DNA of 32,000 nucleotides from Nitrospirota bacterium (GCA_040752355.1 JBFMHE010000023.1:1-32000), one strand, 5' to 3'. Positions 8,138-14,540 are shown, numbered from the stretch's first letter. Numbers and translations: made by a program. Notes: generated by a model not told the origin, from the sequence alone.

Positions 8138-8167
8138 TTGACACCGAAAGGTAAGAACCTTTAGAAT
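8138..8167 (+). promoter_or_regulatory. Sigma70-like promoter: TTGACA, 18-nt spacer, TAGAAT
   Basis: TTGACA at 8138-8143 and TAGAAT at 8162-8167, 32 nt upstream of the cytochrome c start codon. Confidence 0.6.
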
Positions 8168-8181
8168 GAGACACAGTCTCA
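8167..8181. promoter_or_regulatory. Palindromic operator candidate TGAGACACAGTCTCA (TGAGA-N5-TCTCA), copy 1
   Basis: 15-bp inverted repeat that shares its first T with the -10 hexamer. The same TGAGA-N5-TCTCA pattern is present at 8713-8727 and 17041-17055. Confidence 0.6.
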
Positions 8182-8198
8182 AAAATAAGGAGGATTCG

Positions 8199-8657
8199 AT
8201 GAGCAAAACGTTTCTCGCCGTAATGAGCAGTCTCTTCTTCTTTTCACTGGTCTCTGCCGCATGGTCCGAAGAGGTGACCTACCGGAAACATATCAAGCCG
8301 GTCGTCGATGCCAAGTGCGCCGGCTGCCACGGCAAGGAGGCCGCTCCCGAATACTACGCCTTCAAGGAAGAGAAGGACAAGTGGCTCGCCAAGGGGCAGG
8401 GGATGCGGATGGACACCTACAGCCACCTGATTTTTTACACCGCCTGGCCCGACACCGGTGCCCTCATGCGCAGGCTTGATGACGGGAAAGGCTCCAAGGA
8501 AGGCAAGCAAGGCAACATGTACCAGTATCTCGGCGCAACCGAGGAAGAGCGGCAGCAGAACCTGAAGCTCTTCAAGGAGTGGGTCGGCAACTGGACATTG
8601 AAGCGGTGGAAGGATATCACCAAAGAGGATATGAACGGGATCAAAGTAACGTACTGA
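8199..8657 (+). CDS. Secreted monoheme c-type cytochrome (PSCyt1-like haem motif)
   Basis: Signal peptide MSKTFLAVMSSLFFFSLVSAAWS and a single CxxCH within HIKPVVDAKCAGCHG, which resembles the planctomycete cytochrome C (PSCyt1) motif. AAGGAGG lies 6 nt upstream of the ATG at 8199. The track start at 8166 lies inside the operator. Confidence 0.8.
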   Translation: MSKTFLAVMSSLFFFSLVSAAWSEEVTYRKHIKPVVDAKCAGCHGKEAAPEYYAFKEEKDKWLAKGQGMRMDTYSHLIFYTAWPDTGALMRRLDDGKGSKEGKQGNMYQYLGATEEERQQNLKLFKEWVGNWTLKRWKDITKEDMNGIKVTY

Positions 8658-8668
8658 TCTTCCGGGGA

Positions 8669-8702
8669 GAGGGGCGGGGCACTGTCTCGTCCCTCTTTTT
8701 TT
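8669..8702 (+). terminator. Rho-independent terminator after the cytochrome c gene
   Basis: GAGGGGCGGG (8669-8678) pairs with CTCGTCCCTC (8686-8695) as 10 bp including 2 G-U pairs. The loop is 7 nt, followed by seven T (8696-8702). Confidence 0.7.
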
Positions 8703-8712
8703 GGCCTACTGA

Positions 8713-8727
8713 TGAGAAGCAGTCTCA
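8713..8727. promoter_or_regulatory. Palindromic operator candidate TGAGAAGCAGTCTCA (TGAGA-N5-TCTCA), copy 2
   Basis: Lies 19 nt upstream of the first DUF2325-like gene's ATG, immediately after the terminator. No strong -35/-10 was seen here. Confidence 0.5.
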
Positions 8728-8746
8728 ATAGCAAAAGGAGGGTGGC

Positions 8747-9043
8747 ATGTGTATCGCGCTGATCGGCGGCATGGACAGGCTTGAGCGGCATTACAGAAGC
8801 GAGGCAGAGAGCTTCGGCGTAGACCTTAAAGTGTTTACCACATCCGAGAACGATATCACTGCCAAGGTCAGGCATATGGATGCATTGGTGATTTTTACCA
8901 ATAAAGTCTCACACAGGGTAAAAAGAGAGGTGATGAGTGTCGCGCGAGCAAAGAGTATCCCCGTTTTCCTGTATCACTCATGCGGGGTCTGCACCCTGCG
9001 TGACTGCCTCGCTTGTCTGAAAAATCCGAAGCAGGAGGTGTGA
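8747..9043 (+). CDS. DUF2325-like small cytoplasmic protein with a C-terminal CxxC-x4-CxxC
   Basis: MCIALIGGMDRLERHY...DALVIFTNKVSHRVKREV...IPVFLYHS matches my recollection of the DUF2325 pattern. The C-terminus reads SCGVCTLRDCLACL. An AAGGAGGG SD is present. Confidence 0.65.
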   Translation: MCIALIGGMDRLERHYRSEAESFGVDLKVFTTSENDITAKVRHMDALVIFTNKVSHRVKREVMSVARAKSIPVFLYHSCGVCTLRDCLACLKNPKQEV

Positions 9044-9045
9044 TC

Positions 9046-9327
9046 ATGTCTGCGATTGTTTTAAGCGGCGTGGAGAAGCTTGTAACCATGTCCCCGGTAC
9101 TCGAGAAGATCGGCATCAAAAACATCCATTTTTTCAACGCGCGCAATAACGATGAGCTGAGCACTCCACTCGTTGCGCTGGTCCCGTTCGTGGATGCGGT
9201 GGTGTTGGGAGAGGACGCTCATTTCTCGCCTCATATACACAGGCTTATTGATGAGGCGCTTGCACGGCATATCCCGGTCGTCGCGGAGAGTTGCATTAAT
9301 GAAATTGAATACCTTTTCAAGAATTGA
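9046..9327 (+). CDS. Divergent DUF2325-like paralogue lacking the Cys cluster
   Basis: Starts 2 nt after the previous stop, with an AGGAGGTG SD. AIVLSGVEKL...VDAVVLGEDAHFSPHIHRLIDEA...IPVVAES aligns positionally with the upstream protein. Confidence 0.5.
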   Translation: MSAIVLSGVEKLVTMSPVLEKIGIKNIHFFNARNNDELSTPLVALVPFVDAVVLGEDAHFSPHIHRLIDEALARHIPVVAESCINEIEYLFKN

Positions 9328-9403
9328 AACATGGAATGATCGTGTAGCGAGGAGGACAAGGAATTGTTTCAATTCTATTCAGATAGCAATAGGAGGAAAG
9401 GGA

Positions 9404-10177
9404 ATGCTTAAGAAGGGATTATTAATCGCTGCGCTGCTGCTCATTATGAGTAACGTCGCGACGGCTAAGGATATCTTAATTACCAATGATACAGGCACGC
9501 AAGGAAAAGGCCATCTGCTTGTTGAGGTTAACAGCGAGTTTTCTTTTGACGAGGAAAGCGCTGATGGCGTTACCACAAAAGAGTCGGGGATAGAGTTCGA
9601 GTCGATATTTTCTTATGGGCTTGCGGAGAACATAGATTTCATTGTTGCGTTGCCCTATGCCTGGAACAAGGTCAAGGAGGACGGGGTCACCATACAGAAA
9701 GAAGAGGGCATTTCCGATGTAGGGCTGGAGCTAAAGTGGAGATTTTATGAAAAAGACGGACTGAGCTTTGCCCTGAAGCCGGGTATTTCGCTCCCCACCG
9801 GTGATGATGAAAAGGGACTCGGAGCCGGAAGAGCAGCATATGGCATCTTCTTCATTACGACGAAAGAGGTCCAGCCCCTCTTATTTCATCTGAATCTTGC
9901 CTACACGAGAAACGAGAACAAGGTCGACGAGAGAAAAGATATCTGGTACGCCTCCCTTTCGGGAGAGGTGGAGCTCATTAAAAAGCTCACGTTCATCGGC
10001 AACGTGGGAGTGCAGACGAATACCGATCCCGCGTCGGGCAGTCCGCCTGCCTTCATTCTCGGCGGCTTTAACTATGAGGTCACCGATGCTTTTTCGGTTA
10101 ATGCCGGCATCAAGGGAGGCCTCACCAGGGCCGAAACCGATTACGCCGTCCTTACCGGTCTAGCGTGGCGGTTCTAA
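9404..10177 (+). CDS. Outer-membrane beta-barrel protein (transporter / MetA-pathway phenol-degradation-like family)
   Basis: Signal peptide MLKKGLLIAALLLIMSNVATA, alternating beta-strand pattern, an LPTGDDEKGLGAG motif and the terminal ...GLAWRF (C-terminal Phe typical of outer-membrane proteins). An AGGAGGAAAG SD is present. Confidence 0.75.
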   Translation: MLKKGLLIAALLLIMSNVATAKDILITNDTGTQGKGHLLVEVNSEFSFDEESADGVTTKESGIEFESIFSYGLAENIDFIVALPYAWNKVKEDGVTIQKEEGISDVGLELKWRFYEKDGLSFALKPGISLPTGDDEKGLGAGRAAYGIFFITTKEVQPLLFHLNLAYTRNENKVDERKDIWYASLSGEVELIKKLTFIGNVGVQTNTDPASGSPPAFILGGFNYEVTDAFSVNAGIKGGLTRAETDYAVLTGLAWRF

Positions 10178-10194
10178 AAAAAGGAGGAGCGGAT

Positions 10195-10476
10195 ATGATG
10201 CCTCTCGGTCTTTTGAGCGCCGGGGAGACGGCGGAGGTGGTGGAAGTGCGCGGTCAGCACCAGGCGGGCCAGTGCTGTGCTGCGGAGAGCAAGTCCGGGT
10301 CGTGCAGCCAGACCTGCAGGATAGAGGATATGGGGCTCCGTGCCGGCAAGGTCATCGAGATGCTGAGCAACGGCGGACAAGGAGCCTTGCTGGTAAAGGT
10401 CGACGAGACCCGGCTGGCCATCGGCCGCGGCATGGCGATGAAAGTAATGGTAAGAAGATTAGCGTTCAGCAGTTAG
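10195..10476 (+). CDS. feoA: FeoA-domain protein with a Cys-rich insertion
   Basis: FeoA core MPLGLLSAGETAEVVEV...IEDMGLRAGKVIEMLSNGGQGALLVKVDETRLAIGRGMAMKVMV is interrupted by GQHQAGQCCAAESKSGSCSQTC. An AAGGAGGAG SD is present. The stop codon lies inside repeat copy 2. Confidence 0.8.
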   Translation: MMPLGLLSAGETAEVVEVRGQHQAGQCCAAESKSGSCSQTCRIEDMGLRAGKVIEMLSNGGQGALLVKVDETRLAIGRGMAMKVMVRRLAFSS

Positions 10477-10545
10477 CTTTCAGCAGTCGGCAAAATCATC
10501 TTGTAAAATGGCTGCTATCCGAGAGCTGAGAGCCGATGACTGCAA
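10457..10545. repeat. Heptamer-array palindromic element, copy 2: 5x NNT[CT][AG]GC, a 19-nt spacer, then 5 inverted heptamers
   Basis: Left arm: gaTTAGC gtTCAGC agTTAGC ttTCAGC agTCGGC (10457-10491). Right arm: GCTGCta TCCGAga GCTGAga GCCGAtg ACTGCaa (10511-10545). Same family as 5295-5422, in the opposite orientation. Confidence 0.75.
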
Positions 10546-10557
10546 AGGGAGGGTATT

Positions 10558-10785
10558 ATGAATCTGGCGAAGTTGAAGCCCGGAGAGAGAGGGCGCATTA
10601 CGCATATCGGCGTCACCGGCCCGTTGAAGAGGAGGCTCATGGACATGGGCGTGCTCGTCGGCGAGGAGGTCAGGGTCGAGAAGGTCGCTCCGCTGGGAGA
10701 TCCCATCGAGGTGACTATTAAAAATTATAACCTCTCGCTCAGGAAGAAAGAGGCTGAGGGAATTGCGGTGGAGGTGGCAGGATGA
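10558..10785 (+). CDS. feoA: FeoA (canonical, 75 aa)
   Basis: LAKLKPGERGRITHIGVTGPLKRRLMDMGVLVGEEVRVEKVAPLGDPIEVTIKNYNLSLRKKEAEGIAV is a standard FeoA SH3-like sequence. Its stop overlaps the feoB start (ATGA). Confidence 0.92.
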   Translation: MNLAKLKPGERGRITHIGVTGPLKRRLMDMGVLVGEEVRVEKVAPLGDPIEVTIKNYNLSLRKKEAEGIAVEVAG

Positions 10786-13013
10786 GCACAGCCGTTCGCA
10801 GCAAGGAGACAGGGACCGGGAGCGAAAGACCGCGGCTTAAAGCTCAAAGCCAAAAGACCATTACCGTTGCGGTCGCCGGCAACCCGAACTCCGGCAAATC
10901 GACGCTCATCAATGCCATCGCCGGCACGCGGCTCCATGTGGGCAACTGGCCGGGCGTGACCGTCGAGAAGAAAGAGGCGCTGTTCGACTATGAGGGCACG
11001 AAGATCAAACTGGTCGACCTCCCCGGCACCTACAGCCTCAGCCCCTACACGCAGGAGGAGATCATCGCCCGCGATTATCTCGTGCATGAGACGCCCGATG
11101 CGATCATCAACGTGGTCGATGCGACGAACCTCGAGAGGAATCTCTACCTGACGGTCCAGCTCCTGGAGCTCGGCATTCCCGTTGTCCTCGCCCTCAATAT
11201 TTACGACGAGGCCGAGCAGAAAGGGTATACGATCGATGTGCGGGCGATGGAAGCACTGCTGGGCGTTGCCGTCATCCCCACGGTGGCGACGAAGAAGAGG
11301 GGTCTGAGCGATGTGATGAGGACCGCGATCGAGAGCGCTGAAAAGCCGCAGCAGCACCGGCCGAAGCGCCTCAACTACGGCGATGACATAGAGGCTGCGG
11401 CCAGGGGAGTGGAAGAGCAGATGAACCGCATCCATCCCGCTCTCATCGAGCGGTATCCCGCACGCTGGCTTGCGCTGAAGCTGATGGAAGGGGACAGCCA
11501 TGTTCGCAAAGAGATCAATACCGGCAGCAGCGGCTTCATCGGCGAGGCGGTGAGGCATCTCAAGGAGGCCCACGGCGATGATATCGAGTCCCTTATGGCG
11601 GACATGCGGTACGCACAGGCAGCAGGCCTGACCCGCGAGGTCATGAAGAGGCCCGACATACGGAAGATGGAGCTTACCGAGAAGATCGACAGGGTAGTCC
11701 TCAACAGGTTCCTCGGCATCCCCCTCTTCCTCGCTGCCATGTGGCTGGTATTCAAGCTTACCTTTGACGTATCGACCCCCTTCGTCGACTGGATCGACGC
11801 CATGACCGCAGGGCCGTTCAAGCGATGGGCAGAGGCGCTCCTGGGCGCATTGAACGCCCCTGCATGGACGGCATCACTGGCAACGGACGGCATTATTGCC
11901 GGAGTGGGGTTTGTCCTTGTCTTCGTGCCGGTCATCTTCGCCATGATGTTTTTCATTACGTTTCTTGAGGGCAGCGGCTACATGGCGCGGGCTGCCTTTG
12001 TCATGGACCGGGCGATGCACGCCATCGGGCTGCACGGCAAGTCGTTCATCCCGATGCTGCTCGGTTTCGGCTGCAACGTGCCTGCCATCTATGCAACGAG
12101 GACCCTCGAGAATCCGCGGGACAAGGCGCTCACCGCACTGCTCATCCCCCTCATGTCCTGCGGCGCGCGCCTTCCGGTATATGTGCTCTTTGTCGGCGTG
12201 TTCTTCTCGGCCAATGCGGGAACGGTGCTCTGGTCGCTGTACGTACTGGGCATTGTACTTGCCGTGGTTATGGGAAGTATCTTCAAAAGGACGCTCTTCA
12301 AAGGGGAGTCGCCGATGTTCATCATGGAGCTCCCGCCGTACCGTATGCCCTCCTTCAGGAGCCTCATGATCCACACCTGGGAAAAGGGAAAGCATTTTCT
12401 GATAAAGGCCGGCACGTATATCCTCGCGGTCTCGATCTTCGTATGGTTTCTCCTCAATCTGCCGTGGGGCGTGGAGCACAAGAAAGACTCCTACCTCGGC
12501 AAGGCCGGACAGGTGATCGCTCCTGCGCTGAGCCCTCTCGGGTTCGGCAATTGGGAGGCGGCGTCCTCATTGATCACCGGGATCATCGCAAAAGAGATCG
12601 TGGTCGGCACCATGGGAGAGATCTACGCTGTCACAAGTGGGGATGAAGAGAGGACGGAAATCCCTACGCTGACGGATGACCTCAAGGAGATCGGGACCTC
12701 TTTTGCGGGGGCGGTCAGGGACTCGGCGGCCAACGTGATCTCGACCTTCGGCATAGCGAGCATATCCGCGGAGGAGGATGAAGAGCAGAGGCCGCTGCGA
12801 TCGGTTGTTCAAGGCGCGTTCAGTCCGCTCTCCGCCTATGCGTTCATGACGTTTGTGCTTCTTTATATGCCCTGCGTCATTGTCGCCATAGCCATGCGGC
12901 AGGAGTTCGGCACCTGGAAGTGGTTCGGCATCGCCTTTGCGTACCAGACAGTGCTGGCGTGGGGTGCCGCGTTTGTGATCTACCAGGGCGGAAGGCTGTT
13001 GGGGCTCGAGTAA
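10782..13013 (+). CDS. feoB: Ferrous iron transporter FeoB (743 aa)
   Basis: N-terminal G-domain with GNPNSGKST, DLPGTYSL and NIYD, followed by a polytopic membrane domain with the gate-motif region. Confidence 0.95.
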   Translation: MSTAVRSKETGTGSERPRLKAQSQKTITVAVAGNPNSGKSTLINAIAGTRLHVGNWPGVTVEKKEALFDYEGTKIKLVDLPGTYSLSPYTQEEIIARDYLVHETPDAIINVVDATNLERNLYLTVQLLELGIPVVLALNIYDEAEQKGYTIDVRAMEALLGVAVIPTVATKKRGLSDVMRTAIESAEKPQQHRPKRLNYGDDIEAAARGVEEQMNRIHPALIERYPARWLALKLMEGDSHVRKEINTGSSGFIGEAVRHLKEAHGDDIESLMADMRYAQAAGLTREVMKRPDIRKMELTEKIDRVVLNRFLGIPLFLAAMWLVFKLTFDVSTPFVDWIDAMTAGPFKRWAEALLGALNAPAWTASLATDGIIAGVGFVLVFVPVIFAMMFFITFLEGSGYMARAAFVMDRAMHAIGLHGKSFIPMLLGFGCNVPAIYATRTLENPRDKALTALLIPLMSCGARLPVYVLFVGVFFSANAGTVLWSLYVLGIVLAVVMGSIFKRTLFKGESPMFIMELPPYRMPSFRSLMIHTWEKGKHFLIKAGTYILAVSIFVWFLLNLPWGVEHKKDSYLGKAGQVIAPALSPLGFGNWEAASSLITGIIAKEIVVGTMGEIYAVTSGDEERTEIPTLTDDLKEIGTSFAGAVRDSAANVISTFGIASISAEEDEEQRPLRSVVQGAFSPLSAYAFMTFVLLYMPCVIVAIAMRQEFGTWKWFGIAFAYQTVLAWGAAFVIYQGGRLLGLE

Positions 13014-13032
13014 TCAGAATGAGGAGGGCATC

Positions 13033-13197
13033 ATGAACCTTACCGATGCGGTATGGATGGCGGTGATCCTGGCAGGCGCGGTATATCTCCTCTACCGCTC
13101 GGTCTGGAAAAAGAAGGGGCACTGCCAGGGATGCGATTCAGGGATATGCAATAAGAAAAGAGGAGAGGAGCAGCCGCGCTCATCTCAGGAGCTTTAA
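13033..13197 (+). CDS. FeoB-associated Cys-rich small membrane protein (54 aa, absent from the ORF track)
   Basis: My own translation is MNLTDAVWMAVILAGAVYLLYRSVWKKKGHCQGCDSGICNKKRGEEQPRSSQEL*. It has one TM helix plus CxxCxxxxC, and a GAGGAGGG SD lies 5 nt upstream. Position and pattern fit the FeoB-associated Cys-rich family. Confidence 0.7.
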   Translation: MNLTDAVWMAVILAGAVYLLYRSVWKKKGHCQGCDSGICNKKRGEEQPRSSQEL

Positions 13198-13521
13198 CTC
13201 TCCCGTCAACTCGTCGAGGGATGCTGCTTCGGCAGGTCCGAGTCCCAAGCAGGTGATGGTTCCTGCAGGCACGACCGTCCTGCCTGCATCGGCAATCAGG
13301 GAGGCAGGGATGCCGCGCTGCCTGGCCGCCTCATCGAGGCGTTTGAGCTCTTCATCGCTCTCGGCCCTCAGGACGACCTTGGGCATCCCGCTCGCGAGCC
13401 ACGCCCGCCGGGCGTCTTCGTCTGCGCTGAGAAAAGCGGCGACAGCGGCATGAGCTGCCTGGGCCGCCAGTTTGCCCCGGGGCAGCTTGAGTGATTCGTT
13501 GACGACGATAACCTGTTTCAT
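13180..13521 (-). CDS. Peptidyl-tRNA hydrolase, PTH2 (archaeal/eukaryotic-type) family
   Basis: MKQVIVVNESLKLPRGKLAAQAAHAAVAAF...PKVVLRAESDEEL...IADAGRTVVPAGTITCLGLGP matches the PTH2 pattern. Its 3' end overlaps the convergent small ORF by 18 nt. Confidence 0.8.
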   Translation of the reverse strand: MKQVIVVNESLKLPRGKLAAQAAHAAVAAFLSADEDARRAWLASGMPKVVLRAESDEELKRLDEAARQRGIPASLIADAGRTVVPAGTITCLGLGPAEAASLDELTGELKLLR

Positions 13522-13638
13522 TGCTGCGGAATATAGCATAGCCGGGACACAAAAGCAATTTCAGGGGTCCCGCGGCCCTCGTCTTCAGCAGGGTATCGGG
13601 AGAGAGAGGAATTCACCGCGCGGCGGGCTCAGGACCGG

Positions 13639-14055
13639 TTACGCTCTCCTGATCACCATGAGCCTCATCGCCAGGGTACGGCTGATAGCCAGCCGGGCGC
13701 CATCCACCTTTACCACCAGAGCCCCTTTGCCGTCGTTGCTCAGCATCTCGACGATCGTGCCGGCACGGAGGCCCAATCCCTCCATCCTGCAGACAAGACT
13801 GTCCGGTTCCGGTGCACTGCTGCCACTCGTGCACGGCTTGAGCACTGCTCCGCCGGGCAGCTGCCGTATCTCTGCCCGCGCTCCCGGCTGTAAAAGGCCG
13901 AGGGGCATGCCTCCAGCCTGCTCTCCTGCCGGAAGGGCGCCATCGTCCCCTTTGAGGCCCGGATAGCCGACCGCGGGGTCGCCTGATCCTCTCTTTATGC
14001 CGGCATCGAGGCCGAAAGAGTCAATTATGGTGGGATTTTCTGCTGCTTTTCTCAT
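13639..14055 (-). CDS. feoA: FeoA-domain protein with a Cys-containing insertion and a possible Gly-rich N-terminal extension
   Basis: MPLGLLQPGARAEIRQL..KPCTSGSSAPEPDSLVCRMEGLGLRAGTIVEMLSNDGKGALVVKVDGARLAISRTLAMRLMV is a paralogue of the 10195-10476 product. The alternative start at 13908 has a poorly spaced SD, while the ATG at 14055 has GAGG 5 nt upstream. Confidence 0.75.
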   Translation of the reverse strand: MRKAAENPTIIDSFGLDAGIKRGSGDPAVGYPGLKGDDGALPAGEQAGGMPLGLLQPGARAEIRQLPGGAVLKPCTSGSSAPEPDSLVCRMEGLGLRAGTIVEMLSNDGKGALVVKVDGARLAISRTLAMRLMVIRRA

Positions 14056-14187
14056 TGCACCCTCTCTTCAAACGTCCGTACCGGGGGATGACCCCTCACC
14101 GATAGCGGCTGTCATGTTCAGGCAGTTTCCTTCTCGAACGATTCATGCATGCCGCGACACTGCGCGATGCGCCTGGACGAGATGATA

Positions 14188-14469
14188 CTACGCTGGAGGT
14201 GCCTTATTGTTGGAAGGGGATTTTGATACGGATAAAAAGGAAGACGTGTACGGCTGAAAGACGATGGTCCTTATTTCATGGCAGTTGAGGAGGATAGTGC
14301 TGTCCGCTGCTATGGCGCTGGCGAGGTGGGACGACACTTTGCAGAGAGGGCAATTCCTCTGAACTGTTCTGCCCTCATGGTTGTCGAAAGAGACGGCGGC
14401 AGCAGTGAGGAGCAGAAGTATCGCACAGAGGAGGGAGAGCTGTCTCGAGAACCGTTCGGGTAATAACAT
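14188..14469 (-). CDS. Small signal-anchored protein with a CPLC motif (hypothetical, vaguely DUF2946-like)
   Basis: The 93-aa ORF reads MLLPERFSRQLSLLCAILLLLTAAAVSF...NCPLCKVSSHLASAI. A consensus promoter ends 5 nt before its ATG. Confidence 0.45.
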   Translation of the reverse strand: MLLPERFSRQLSLLCAILLLLTAAAVSFDNHEGRTVQRNCPLCKVSSHLASAIAADSTILLNCHEIRTIVFQPYTSSFLSVSKSPSNNKAPPA

Positions 14470-14474
14470 ACTGT

Positions 14475-14503
14475 ATTCTAAGAGGCAGGTTGCTGTTTGT
14501 CAA
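14475..14503 (-). promoter_or_regulatory. Consensus sigma70-like promoter: TTGACA, 17-nt spacer, TAGAAT (minus strand)
   Basis: The reverse complement of 14498-14503 is TTGACA and that of 14475-14480 is TAGAAT. The ATG at 14469 follows after 5 nt, which implies a leaderless or near-leaderless transcript. Confidence 0.6.
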
Positions 14504-14540
14504 TGGCAGGAGAGCTGGCGCTTCCTGCTACCAGCAATTA

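Noticed and set aside
8166-8198. Track start codon ATG at 8166 for the cytochrome c ORF (MRHSLKNKEDS...).
   Set aside because: This ATG lies inside the -10/operator sequence, so it would be at or upstream of the transcription start. The ATG at 8199 has an AAGGAGG SD and begins a proper signal peptide.
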